20,000 nt of DNA from an uncultured virus (IMG/VR IMGVR_UViG_3300020469_000033) (IMGVR_UViG_3300020469_000033:55253-75252); one strand, 5' to 3'. Numbered from the stretch's first letter, positions 1 to 9,404 are shown. The notes: generated by a model not told the origin, from the letters alone. Program-made: numbers and translations.

Positions 1-1
1 A

Positions 2-181
2 GCGAGTTCCTTATTAGGTTTAGGTGGTGATGCTGGAGGAGCTGAAGATAATCCAGCTTGGGTAGAAGAATTGAAAACAACATTTAGAGAAACAAAAGAT
101 GTTTATATAGATGGAGGAAAAGTTACATCAGCGATAGCAAGTAGAGTAAATAAGATAGGAAGTAATTCATACGCAATATAA
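2..181 (+). CDS. C-terminal end of a gene starting upstream of the window; probable tail tape measure protein (partial)
   Basis: Open frame 2..181 translated by hand: ASSLLGLGGDAGGAEDNPAWVEELKTTFRETKDVYIDGGKVTSAIASRVNKIGSNSYAI*. The Gly-rich segment and VYIDGGKV tail resemble tape measure C-termini, and the gene lies directly before the baseplate genes. Confidence 0.55.
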   Translation, partial: ASSLLGLGGDAGGAEDNPAWVEELKTTFRETKDVYIDGGKVTSAIASRVNKIGSNSYAI

Positions 182-187
182 TATATT

Positions 188-1936
188 ATGCCAACATTAG
201 AAGAATTATTTAAAAGTAGACAACTTCCCTCACAAGGTGGTAAAACCGCTGAAGAAGCATATGCTATACGAAATTCAAAAGATATTCGTATTTCAGCAGC
301 TGACCCATTTGTGAATACAGTTGGTATGTCATTGGCTAGATTAGCTAGAAAAAATTTAGGAGCTAAAGGAAGTGAAACTCTTTTAGAAGAAGAAGTAACA
401 GGAGCTAGATTAATAAGAACGGCATCAATGCCATTTATATATGGTAGTGAATTACCAAGATTAACACTTAGAACTACTACACTTTTGGATACAATGAGAG
501 CAGCAACTGGTGGTGATGATGGTGGTGGTGGTCCATTGGGTAATCTTATCAAAAAAGGTAGAGATGCAGTACTTAATAGTAAATTCTTAGGAATTCCACA
601 AACAATAATACCAACCAAAGTAGCTACTAATACTACAATTAAAGATACTTTAAAAAGTGGTGAAATTCAAAAAAACTATTTAGAGGTATTAAAAAAAGCA
701 AAAACTGACGGTACTGGGAAACCATTAGGTCAATTTCTAAAAGGCACTGGTGGTGGTAATATAAAAGATATTGGTAAACAAGCATTAGGTAGTGCAATAA
801 AATTAGGAAAAGATAGGTTAAGAGAAGGATTATTCGGAAAAGCTGGTACAACCGGATTCAATGGGGCATCGTTAGTAGGTTTAAAAAATACAACAACAAA
901 TTATGGTAGTATTGATAGTGCCACTGGTGTAACAATTGCCCCCGCAGATGCAGATGGGATAATAGATGCTAAAGGCTTAATGTACTCCAAAACATTTAAT
1001 CTAAATATACCATTAAATAAAGATGGTAAAGATACAAGAGTTGGTTTAGATAAAAATAAACAAAATGACCCAAATCCTAACAAACTAGATTTTAGTGATA
1101 TATCAGATGAAGGTGGATTGGGTGGAAGGTATTCAAAGGCTCTAAAAGATTTAGATACCCCAAATAAGATATTATTCAGTTCAAACCCTGATAGAAAAGG
1201 AAAATCATTTGCAAGTAAGATTAGAGGACCAATATCAAAAAATGATTTTATAGAAAAGAAAAGAGGTATGGGTCAAATTGCTGATACTATTAATAATACC
1301 AATATCTTTGAAGGTGAAACTCTTACATTAGGTGATGGAACAACTTTAGATGAACAAGATTTTGTACCATTAAAATTTACCTCAATACATAGAAATAAAA
1401 CTGTACAATTTAGAGCAACATTAAGTGGATTGAGTGAAACACTTTCTCCATCTTGGGATTCTCATAAGTTTATTGGTTCACCATTCAGTAATTACACATA
1501 TAGTGGAATAGAAAGAAGTGTAACTTTTAATTTTAAAGTTTATTCATTAAATGCAGTAGAACATAAAATTGGATGGGATAAAATTAACTTTTTAAATTCA
1601 TTAGTATTCCCACAAGGGTATTATGATTCATCTGCAGTAGTTCCACCATTTATTAGATTAACAATTGGTGATTTATATAAAGGTAAATTATCATTTATAG
1701 AATCTTTATCACATACATGGGATGATAATACTCCTTGGAATGTAACTGATAAAGAAAAAACAGTATTATCGAATGCAGTAGGAATTATAACAGGTACTCC
1801 TGAGAATGCTGATATAGATATGAAAGGATATCGATTACCAATGATTACTGATGTATCAATGACTGTTAAATTTTTAATAGGTAGAAATAATACATCAGGT
1901 AGAAAATTCTATTCATTTGAACCTCAAAGTAAATAA
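188..1936 (+). CDS. Baseplate/tail-tube initiator-like protein (T4 gp48/gp54, P2 gpU-like C-terminal domain) with a long N-terminal extension
   Basis: 582 aa. The C-terminal ~200 aa (FRATLSGLSETLSPSW..IG....YTYSGIERSVTFNFKV...PPFIRLTIGDLY...IESLSHTWD..W) fit the tube-like baseplate pattern. Position between tape measure and LysM genes agrees. Confidence 0.65.
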   Translation: MPTLEELFKSRQLPSQGGKTAEEAYAIRNSKDIRISAADPFVNTVGMSLARLARKNLGAKGSETLLEEEVTGARLIRTASMPFIYGSELPRLTLRTTTLLDTMRAATGGDDGGGGPLGNLIKKGRDAVLNSKFLGIPQTIIPTKVATNTTIKDTLKSGEIQKNYLEVLKKAKTDGTGKPLGQFLKGTGGGNIKDIGKQALGSAIKLGKDRLREGLFGKAGTTGFNGASLVGLKNTTTNYGSIDSATGVTIAPADADGIIDAKGLMYSKTFNLNIPLNKDGKDTRVGLDKNKQNDPNPNKLDFSDISDEGGLGGRYSKALKDLDTPNKILFSSNPDRKGKSFASKIRGPISKNDFIEKKRGMGQIADTINNTNIFEGETLTLGDGTTLDEQDFVPLKFTSIHRNKTVQFRATLSGLSETLSPSWDSHKFIGSPFSNYTYSGIERSVTFNFKVYSLNAVEHKIGWDKINFLNSLVFPQGYYDSSAVVPPFIRLTIGDLYKGKLSFIESLSHTWDDNTPWNVTDKEKTVLSNAVGIITGTPENADIDMKGYRLPMITDVSMTVKFLIGRNNTSGRKFYSFEPQSK

Positions 1937-1939
1937 TAG

Positions 1940-2230
1940 ATGGCAAGTAGATACGAAAATAATAAAAGTAAAAAACTAAATGATGGTAGAGTAGTATATC
2001 GTTCTAATATATATCCTAAAATACCATTAAGAGATGATGATGTTTATGTAGCTACTGAAACTGGTGATAGATTAGATACTCTAGCATATCAGTACTATGA
2101 AGATGCATCCCTATGGTGGATAATTGCATCGGCAAATAATATACATAATGCTCCATTTGGTTTAAAAGATGGTACAATTTTAAGAATACCACAAAACTAT
2201 ATTGAGATATTAGTAAACTTTAGTGAATAA
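1940..2230 (+). CDS. LysM/tail-X-like baseplate wedge protein (T4 gp53/P2 gpX-like)
   Basis: 96 aa with GDRLDTLAYQYYEDASLWWIIASANNI...GTILRIP, the typical phage baseplate LysM signature. Confidence 0.85.
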   Translation: MASRYENNKSKKLNDGRVVYRSNIYPKIPLRDDDVYVATETGDRLDTLAYQYYEDASLWWIIASANNIHNAPFGLKDGTILRIPQNYIEILVNFSE

Positions 2231-2235
2231 CAGTT

Positions 2236-4545
2236 ATGGGAACATTTCCAAAATTTTCAAATATTGCGGGATATGCTACGAAAACCTTAGAAAGTAGAAA
2301 ACGTAGTGTATATAACGTATCTAAGTTAAATGCTTGGGTAAGAGTAACATCTGCCGTTTCTGGTAATAAGGGAGATGGGTTGACATTAGTATCTAATCCA
2401 AATTTTAGATTATTTGGAGCTGCTGGTGTTTCTTCTATTTATGGAATTAATAAACAAAGTGGTACTATTGGTGAAACTTGGGGAGGTTCCCCAATAAATC
2501 CATCAGAGGGGCAAGGTTATAAACCTTCTCCAATTATTGAATCTATTGAAATAGATGAGGGAGCTGGTAATTTAAGTAGAAAAGCTAATTTTACAATTAA
2601 ATGTTTTTCTAAAGACCAAATGGAATTAATAACTGAATATTTTCAAGAACCAGGATTTACTGTATTTTTAGAATGGGGATGGAATACACCAGACTCTATG
2701 AAAGGTTTAGTAAAAAAATTAAATGCAAACAATATAGCTAATTTTCAAAATTTCAAAAATCTAACAACCAAAAGAGAAGCATCTAAAGGACAATATGATA
2801 ATTATTTAGGATTTATAACTGGTGGAGGAATTGCAACTGAAGGTGAAAATTGGACTGTTGAAGTAAAATGTACGGGGTTCACCGAATTACCAGCCTATTT
2901 AGTAAATGGTGATAATTCTGGTGATGCCATTGATAAAAAATCTAAAAAAGAACCTGATTATAAAAATTTAAGTCTTGAAACTGATTTAAATATAAAACGA
3001 TGGATGTTTGCTTATAACGCATTACCATCTAATAGAAAAACTGCAGAAATTAAATCATTGGCTACTAAAACTGATGATTCCCTTAGAAAAGTACCAATAG
3101 CACAAGCAGTTAACTATATAAACTTTGATGAAACGATTACTGATAGTTTAAACAACAAAGCAGATGGAACTGCTGTTGGAAGATTCTTTGGTGTAGGTGG
3201 TTCAAAAGAAAAGGGTGAGGATGGTAACACAGAACGTATAGAAATCCCTGCAGGTACTAAAATAGTTGGTAGTGAAAAATTTATAAGATTTGGTACTCTT
3301 ATGAAGATAATGAACCAAATGATTATAAAGGGTTTAAAAATAGGAAAAAAGACAGTTTCTATGGAAATCCACTCAGAGCATACTATATGTTCAGCTTATC
3401 CAAATATATTTAGTACTGATAAAAGTAAGTTATTAATACCAAATATAAAAACACCAAGATTTAGTTTTCTTGATGCTAAAAATAATACAAAATCATTAGA
3501 AGCAATACCATCACCACCTGAAGATTGTTCGATAGAATATGATGGTAGAAAAATACAATTTCCTTTTGAAAACGCTATTAATGGTGGTTCTGTTTTAGTT
3601 GATGGTACATCCTATGATTTACAATATAAAGATGGTACTACACCAGCAAGTGAATGTATAGACAAACCACAAGGTAAATGGGGGTTTTTAGATGATTTAT
3701 ATGTAAACTTTGATTTCGCATCGGGTATTATGGGAACAAGTAACTTTACAGTAAAAGATGCTCTATATCAAATTCTAAATGGAATGTCCTCCGCTGTAAA
3801 TGATTTATGGAATTTTCAGATTATGGAAACAACTTTGGAAAATGATAAGGGAAAATTAAAAAAGGGAGACCAAATAATCACAATACAAGAAACTAATTTT
3901 ACATATAAACCAAAAGTAAACCCATATACATTTAATTTAATAGGTACTGATTCTATTTTCAAAGATGCTTCGTTAAATTTGGATATGAGTGCTGCTAAGA
4001 TGAATCAAGTTATCGGTTCAAGATTGGCAAAAAAAATTAATGGTGAAACTCAACCGCTTTTTGGTAGATTAGACGCAGGTAATATTACTGATTTAGTTTT
4101 AAAAGAAATAGATTCTAGAAAAGAAGCACCAATAGAAGAAAAAAGCGGAAAAGAAACAGATGAAGAACTAAAAGAAAAGAATTACGCTAATTTTTTAGGT
4201 AAAATAGGTACATATCCTAAAGTACAATTTGAAAAAAAGGATATAAAACCTAAGTATGTTGTGCAAGAAAAAACTTATGCATCTGTTTATGATGATAAAC
4301 AATTGCTAAAAATGGCTAAATCTGATATGGAAGAAGAAGAAGGTGTATCCATTTTATTACCAATTAATTTTACATTTACTGTATATGGTGTTAGTGGTAT
4401 AAAAAGAGGAGACAGGTTTGCTGTAAAAGGTATCCCAGCAAAATATGAAAAGCAGGGATTTTTCCAAGTTTTAGGTGTAAAACATACTATTCAAGGAATG
4501 GAATGGCTTACTGAAGTTGAAGGTGGATTTAGAAACAATACATAA
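2236..4545 (+). CDS. Baseplate hub protein (gp27/VgrG/Mu gp44-like)
   Basis: 769 aa. N-terminal ANFTIKCFS..Q.E...YFQEPGFTVFLEWGW and C-terminal GIKRGDRFAVKGIP..Y...FFQVLGVKHTI...W.TEVEG resemble hub beta-barrel ends. It follows the LysM gene. Confidence 0.6.
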   Translation: MGTFPKFSNIAGYATKTLESRKRSVYNVSKLNAWVRVTSAVSGNKGDGLTLVSNPNFRLFGAAGVSSIYGINKQSGTIGETWGGSPINPSEGQGYKPSPIIESIEIDEGAGNLSRKANFTIKCFSKDQMELITEYFQEPGFTVFLEWGWNTPDSMKGLVKKLNANNIANFQNFKNLTTKREASKGQYDNYLGFITGGGIATEGENWTVEVKCTGFTELPAYLVNGDNSGDAIDKKSKKEPDYKNLSLETDLNIKRWMFAYNALPSNRKTAEIKSLATKTDDSLRKVPIAQAVNYINFDETITDSLNNKADGTAVGRFFGVGGSKEKGEDGNTERIEIPAGTKIVGSEKFIRFGTLMKIMNQMIIKGLKIGKKTVSMEIHSEHTICSAYPNIFSTDKSKLLIPNIKTPRFSFLDAKNNTKSLEAIPSPPEDCSIEYDGRKIQFPFENAINGGSVLVDGTSYDLQYKDGTTPASECIDKPQGKWGFLDDLYVNFDFASGIMGTSNFTVKDALYQILNGMSSAVNDLWNFQIMETTLENDKGKLKKGDQIITIQETNFTYKPKVNPYTFNLIGTDSIFKDASLNLDMSAAKMNQVIGSRLAKKINGETQPLFGRLDAGNITDLVLKEIDSRKEAPIEEKSGKETDEELKEKNYANFLGKIGTYPKVQFEKKDIKPKYVVQEKTYASVYDDKQLLKMAKSDMEEEEGVSILLPINFTFTVYGVSGIKRGDRFAVKGIPAKYEKQGFFQVLGVKHTIQGMEWLTEVEGGFRNNT

Positions 4546-4895
4546 TGGATAACGATAGATATAAAGAAATAGCAAGTTCACAATCGTATATTATTGGAGA
4601 TGTAACACCATTTATTCCAACTATAACCGATAGACAATATCAGAGAGGATATATACAAAGGTGTTTTGTACAAAAATCTAATGATTCCTCATCTAATATA
4701 TTCGAAGTTTCAGTAAATGAAATTAATCGATATAAAGGTAATCCCTTTTATATTCAGACAAAATTAGATTGGAGAATAACTGGAGACCCTATCGAAGTAA
4801 AGAAATCTAATTCAATATCATTACAATTAGCATCTGAGGATATCCCCAAAATTTCATTGTATTTACCAAATCTTTTACAATTTCATAAAAAATAA
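4545..4895 (+). CDS. Hypothetical phage protein (baseplate-region)
   Basis: 116 aa ORF, coupled to the hub gene by a TAATG overlap. No recognisable catalytic motif. Confidence 0.7.
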   Translation: MDNDRYKEIASSQSYIIGDVTPFIPTITDRQYQRGYIQRCFVQKSNDSSSNIFEVSVNEINRYKGNPFYIQTKLDWRITGDPIEVKKSNSISLQLASEDIPKISLYLPNLLQFHKK

Positions 4896-4927
4896 TTTGG
4901 ATATTACAAATATTTTTCTTATATTTG
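4896..4927 (+). promoter_or_regulatory. Bacteroidota sigma70-type promoter (-33 TTTG / -7 TAnnTTTG) upstream of the PolA-like gene
   Basis: TTTG 4896-4899, 20-nt spacer, TATATTTG 4920-4927. Matches the Bacteroides/Flavobacterium consensus. Confidence 0.8.
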
Positions 4928-4931
4928 TTAG

Positions 4932-6215
4932 ATGATTGTAGTAGAATCTAATAAAGAGAAAGAGAATTTTATGCAAATGTGGGAAAACAATCCCTCAATT
5001 GTAATTCCTATATGGTCTGATTTGGATAAACATCCAATGAACAATGAACTTGCCTTCTTATTCGTAAGAGTGGGAAAAACTGACTTTATTCTCATATATA
5101 ATCATATTGATGGTAAATCCCACCATTTAGACCTTTCAACCTCAACACAACCAAAATGGGTATGGAATAAGAAAGGCTTATTACAAACTGATACAAATAT
5201 ACAAAATATTTTTGATATATCCAACTATTACTTCTTTGAAAAGAATCAAACTATACCTTATGAGGTACAAAATCAATCGTTTATCTCACATTATATCCGA
5301 ATGGGTATAAGAGATGGTTTAGGAAAGATAGCACCTATAATGAAATGGGGAGAGTATTTAAAATCATTTGTTGATAATATAAGTAGTACTATTCCCCCTC
5401 CCGATTTATCTCCTAAAAGTTGGGTTGATAATACGATGATTCCTCTATTATCTCAGATTGAACGATATGGGGTTCGGGTCGATGGAGGAAAATTTTTTGA
5501 TAGATATCCACAAGCTACTAAACATTTAAACAACAATATCGTATATACCGAATATAACCCATATACTATTACATCCCGTCCTTCCAACCGATTTGGGGGA
5601 ATCAACTTCTCTGCTTTAAATAAAAAGGATGGAACGAGAGAAGTATTTATTCCCAAAGATGGGCACATATTCCTACAAATGGATTATGATGCCTATCACC
5701 CCCGAATCATAGGTAAGTTGATTGATTACGAATTACCCGATACTTCGGTTCACCAATGGTTAGCGGACCAATATGGTGTTGATTATGGTGAATCTAAAGG
5801 AATTACATTCCAACTCCTTTATGGTGGGATACCCGAAGAATTCGATTCTATTCCTTATTATAAGAAGGTTAGAGAGTACATCGATGAAATGTGGGGTAAC
5901 GCATCCAAAAAAGGTTATGTATCGACTTACAATCGAAATATACCCCTTAGTTCGATAGAAGGTTTGAATCCACAAAAAGTATTCAACTATTTACTACAAG
6001 CAACTGAAACTGAGTTAAATATGGATACAATGAGGAAAGTGTTGGAGTTTATTGAACAAACCGACATTGAGTTAAGTTTATACACTTATGATTCATTCTT
6101 ATTTTCTTTTCCATTGGATACTCCTAAAGAACAAGCCCTTAAATTAAAAGAAATTGTAGAAAGTAATGGGTTTCCTATAAATGCTAGTTGGGGAACGGAT
6201 TACTCAAAACTTTAA
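4932..6215 (+). CDS. Reduced, divergent family A DNA polymerase-like protein
   Basis: 427 aa. TITSRPSN..INFSALNK (TGRLSS..NLQNIP equivalent), motif A FLQMDYDAYHPR, motif B SKGITFQLLYG, NYLLQATE, motif C LYTYDSFLF. No 5'-3' exonuclease domain and no clear ExoI DxE motif. Confidence 0.85.
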   Translation: MIVVESNKEKENFMQMWENNPSIVIPIWSDLDKHPMNNELAFLFVRVGKTDFILIYNHIDGKSHHLDLSTSTQPKWVWNKKGLLQTDTNIQNIFDISNYYFFEKNQTIPYEVQNQSFISHYIRMGIRDGLGKIAPIMKWGEYLKSFVDNISSTIPPPDLSPKSWVDNTMIPLLSQIERYGVRVDGGKFFDRYPQATKHLNNNIVYTEYNPYTITSRPSNRFGGINFSALNKKDGTREVFIPKDGHIFLQMDYDAYHPRIIGKLIDYELPDTSVHQWLADQYGVDYGESKGITFQLLYGGIPEEFDSIPYYKKVREYIDEMWGNASKKGYVSTYNRNIPLSSIEGLNPQKVFNYLLQATETELNMDTMRKVLEFIEQTDIELSLYTYDSFLFSFPLDTPKEQALKLKEIVESNGFPINASWGTDYSKL

Positions 6216-6223
6216 TATTTATA
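6215..6223 (+). promoter_or_regulatory. Putative phage (late-type) promoter motif ATATTTATA
   Basis: The same 9-mer recurs in intergenic gaps at 8089 and 12192. Here it lies 19 nt before the ATG at 6243. Confidence 0.45.
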
Positions 6224-6242
6224 GAATATAGGAAGAGTTACT

Positions 6243-8066
6243 ATGAACAAAAACGAATTAATCAAAGAATTATTATCTGAGTTATCTTATCGTTCTAACG
6301 AAGGATACCCTATGTTAGATAATAGAGAACAAATATCTATTCTAGCTGAGATATTAGATGAGTGGGGATATACCAAAATCAAAAACGAATTAATTGAAAA
6401 TCTTTTAGAAGCAGATGATAAAAAATTTACTGCTACAAAGAAAGATACAAACCAAACAGTAGCATTTGATAGTGAAGAAGCAAGAGATGCAGCGATTGAA
6501 AAGGGAACTCATACTAAGAAAGAAGATTCTGAAGAAGATGATTCTAAAAAAAAGAAAAAAGATATGTTTTCCTCAGAAGCTGGATATGAAGCTCCTGATT
6601 TAAAAAAGGATGATGATATTGATACAACTCCCAAATCAAAAAATTCAAAACTAAAAAAATTACCAAAAGAAGAATCAATTAAAATAGACCACAATTCAGC
6701 TGATAAGTCTCTTATGATGACTAAGACAGAAGCTAAAGCTCAAGCTCAACGAACAAAAGCTGGTGAAACACAAAATGTTGGAGCTGGGACACCTGAATCA
6801 AGAGCTGGTGAAGCTATGGTTCATAAAGGTTTAAGATTATTACAAAGTGGTAAATCATTGGAAGAAATAGAAGAGGAGTTTTCTAAAATAGTAAATTCAG
6901 ATGACCATATATTAAATTCTAAAACAGGTAAAAAATGGGTATCATCTACATTATCTAGTTTAAAAAAGATAGATGAGGTTATTGGGATAGAAAATATTCA
7001 AGATGTTGCATGGGATACTGATGCTGGTAGAATAGCTATTGGTGTAGACCCTAATTTAGAAACATCATCGGATATGTTTGTTAGAACTAAAGATGGTAAA
7101 AATATTGGGTTATCTCTTAAAAAAGATGGAAATGTATTCTTAAATAATGGTGGTTGGGCCAAACAATCTAAATTATTATTAGGTGATTTAAAATCACAAA
7201 TGGGTAATGAATCTCATAAAAAATTATCTGAAGCAATGTCAATTAAAGCATATGAGGATGATTTAACTGATAGGTTTAAATCTATCAGTAGTACTATTAC
7301 AGTAGATACTATTAAAGAAGATTTTGAAAGATTAAAGAATGAACCTGAAATATTGAAAAAATATTTTGGTGGTTCAAATCAACCGATATACTTTAGAGAA
7401 ATGGAAAATCCAGAAGTATTACATAGAAATATGGTTAATGGTAATTTGAGTAAGTATCAACAAAAAGTTTTAGCTAAGTTAACTCAAGCTTATCATAAAG
7501 AGGAATATAATCATTTAAGAAAATCTGAAGATGCATTAACTGAAAGAACATTTAATATATTGAACTCTGATAAAGAAGCCAAAGAAGGTATGAATAAACA
7601 TATCATAAAATCAATGCACATTACAGAAACACTGGGATTAAATAAAACAGTCAAAGAAGGTGGCGTAGATGGGTTCCAAACAATGTATGGTATTGAACCA
7701 GATGGTGCTGTATTAAATGAACAAACATTGATTACTTTATTTGGTTCTAATTTCCAAAATATATTACAAGAGCAAATAAAAGAGGTTAGAGATGGTAAAA
7801 AATCAGTTAAAGAATTAGAAAAAGCTATTTCTGATTCAATAGAAATTGATTATGAATCTGGTCAAATTTTATTTAAACATGAATCTCAAAAAAAGTTCCC
7901 ATTATTTAAATTACAAGGTAGAGCTAGAGGTATAGGAGCATCTCCTACAATGGAAATGTTACAAACTCCATTTATGGCCCATGCACTAAAGATGGGTACA
8001 TTCAATACCGATGAGTGGGATACAAAATCATTAGAAAGATTTAAAAAAGATATAGAGTTTATTTAA
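6243..8066 (+). CDS. Large hypothetical protein with an acidic/charged N-terminus and a putative PD-(D/E)xK-type nuclease core; possible virion-internal protein
   Basis: 607 aa. GEAMVH ... TSSDMFVRTKDGKNIGLSLKK resembles an E...D...SLK restriction-endonuclease-like site. The N-terminal helical leader with several [LI]xE sites is followed by a D/E/K low-complexity linker. Confidence 0.5.
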   Translation: MNKNELIKELLSELSYRSNEGYPMLDNREQISILAEILDEWGYTKIKNELIENLLEADDKKFTATKKDTNQTVAFDSEEARDAAIEKGTHTKKEDSEEDDSKKKKKDMFSSEAGYEAPDLKKDDDIDTTPKSKNSKLKKLPKEESIKIDHNSADKSLMMTKTEAKAQAQRTKAGETQNVGAGTPESRAGEAMVHKGLRLLQSGKSLEEIEEEFSKIVNSDDHILNSKTGKKWVSSTLSSLKKIDEVIGIENIQDVAWDTDAGRIAIGVDPNLETSSDMFVRTKDGKNIGLSLKKDGNVFLNNGGWAKQSKLLLGDLKSQMGNESHKKLSEAMSIKAYEDDLTDRFKSISSTITVDTIKEDFERLKNEPEILKKYFGGSNQPIYFREMENPEVLHRNMVNGNLSKYQQKVLAKLTQAYHKEEYNHLRKSEDALTERTFNILNSDKEAKEGMNKHIIKSMHITETLGLNKTVKEGGVDGFQTMYGIEPDGAVLNEQTLITLFGSNFQNILQEQIKEVRDGKKSVKELEKAISDSIEIDYESGQILFKHESQKKFPLFKLQGRARGIGASPTMEMLQTPFMAHALKMGTFNTDEWDTKSLERFKKDIEFI

Positions 8067-8088
8067 TTAACCCTAAAAATATTCTATT

Positions 8089-8097
8089 ATATTTATA
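8089..8097 (+). promoter_or_regulatory. Putative phage (late-type) promoter motif ATATTTATA
   Basis: Second intergenic copy (ATATTTATAG, as at 6215-6224), 28 nt before the ATG at 8126. Confidence 0.45.
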
Positions 8098-8125
8098 GGT
8101 GATTGATTAATATATAAAAAAATTT

Positions 8126-8527
8126 ATGAAAACACAATTATTGTGTACATTTACTTCAAAGGATGGGTTACAAAAGACTCTGCAGGATATCAGAGAGACT
8201 TATGTGATAGTGTATAACTATATCTATATCTTACAGAATAAGTCAAACTTAGATGAACTTTACGTTACCTATAATATTAATACGGAGTTCAAACCACCAC
8301 AACCTTTAGAAGATACAATACTAATACACAGAAAAAAAGAATCAAATACGTTATATACTATTAACGCATTAAACCAGTTAGTGAGAGAGGAAAATGGTGG
8401 TGTATTAGATAAGACATTTGTAATAGATTGGCAAAAATTTAGAAATTCAATAATACTTACAAATACTGAAGGTACTAAACGTATTCAAACTCGTATTTTT
8501 GAGGTTATCGAATTTAATCAAAAATAA
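8126..8527 (+). CDS. Hypothetical phage protein
   Basis: 133 aa ORF with an A-rich start context. Contains a motif-like HRKKESNTLYTINALN segment; function not recognised. Confidence 0.75.
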   Translation: MKTQLLCTFTSKDGLQKTLQDIRETYVIVYNYIYILQNKSNLDELYVTYNINTEFKPPQPLEDTILIHRKKESNTLYTINALNQLVREENGGVLDKTFVIDWQKFRNSIILTNTEGTKRIQTRIFEVIEFNQK

Positions 8528-8537
8528 AAAATAAGAA

Positions 8538-9149
8538 ATGGCAAAATTCACAAGAGAACAAATCGAAGAAGCATTAAATTGTAATGGGTATAAATACTTT
8601 ACAAGTGATAAAGGATATGATGTTAACATCGTTGGTATTAGAAATTCCGATACATATGGTGAAGTAACAAATAAATTTGATGATACTCTTACAATATCTT
8701 ACAAAGATTCAGATGGAAAGTGGGTTTATAACGAATATAAAGCAACAACTGATCCTGGTTCACATTGGGAAAAGAACTTATTAAACAAAGATGGTGTTGC
8801 AATCTTAAAACCAGGTCAATATAGAGGTTCTCATAAAATTGGATTACACCAAGGTAAATATGAGGCACTAAGACAACAAAAGGCTGTTAAGGTTTATAGA
8901 GATAATAACAAAGATGGTAAATATGATATGATTGAAGAAAATGTACATGAAGGTATATTTGGAATCAATATTCATAAAGCTGGGAAGTTCGTTAATGGTT
9001 CAACTCAGATTGATAAATGGTCTGCTGGTTGTCAAGTACTATCTAAAGAATCTGATTTCAACGAATTTATGGAAATTTGTAGAAAGGCTAGAGATATATG
9101 GGGAAACTCTTTCACATATACGTTGATAGAATCCAACGATATTTCGTAA
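8538..9149 (+). CDS. YkuD/L,D-transpeptidase-fold peptidoglycan enzyme; candidate endolysin
   Basis: 203 aa. GINIH-x15-SAGC matches the Hx14-17(S/T)xGC catalytic motif. It also has a DNNKDGKYD Ca-binding-like loop and no signal peptide. Confidence 0.65.
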   Translation: MAKFTREQIEEALNCNGYKYFTSDKGYDVNIVGIRNSDTYGEVTNKFDDTLTISYKDSDGKWVYNEYKATTDPGSHWEKNLLNKDGVAILKPGQYRGSHKIGLHQGKYEALRQQKAVKVYRDNNKDGKYDMIEENVHEGIFGINIHKAGKFVNGSTQIDKWSAGCQVLSKESDFNEFMEICRKARDIWGNSFTYTLIESNDIS

Positions 9150-9165
9150 AATAAAATGAGGTTAT

Positions 9166-9402
9166 ATGGCACAAGAATTATCGAAAGTAGTAAACGCAGG
9201 ATTCGAAGGTGAACCAGAACACATTGTATTTCAAATACAATCTACATTACAAAAAATAGAACCAACTGAGATACTTAAAGTTGTTGATGGTAGTATAGAA
9301 AGAGATTCTAATATGCCTAATGATATGTGGGAAGTTGTTAATAGAAACAACAATCATGAGTGTAACATTGATTTAGAAACACAAACCCTTTATTATATTT
9401 AA
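9166..9402 (+). CDS. Hypothetical protein
   Basis: 78 aa acidic ORF that fills the gap between neighbouring genes. Confidence 0.65.
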   Translation: MAQELSKVVNAGFEGEPEHIVFQIQSTLQKIEPTEILKVVDGSIERDSNMPNDMWEVVNRNNNHECNIDLETQTLYYI

Positions 9403-9404
9403 TT

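Noticed and set aside
5773..5958. Alternate-frame + strand ORF inside the PolA-like gene (likewise 8932..9126 inside the YkuD-like gene)
   Set aside because: Short, fully nested and without motifs. The main frames are continuous, so no frameshift needs to be invoked.
4932..6215. PolA-like gene as a decayed pseudogene
   Set aside because: The frame is uninterrupted, both catalytic Asp residues and the motif B Lys/Tyr are kept, the deletions are domain-shaped, and it has its own consensus promoter.
8931..8961. Internal TATATTTG at 8954-8961 as a promoter for downstream genes
   Set aside because: It lies within coding sequence, has only ATTG at 19-nt spacing, and lacks the C(T/G)...GT context of the intergenic promoters.
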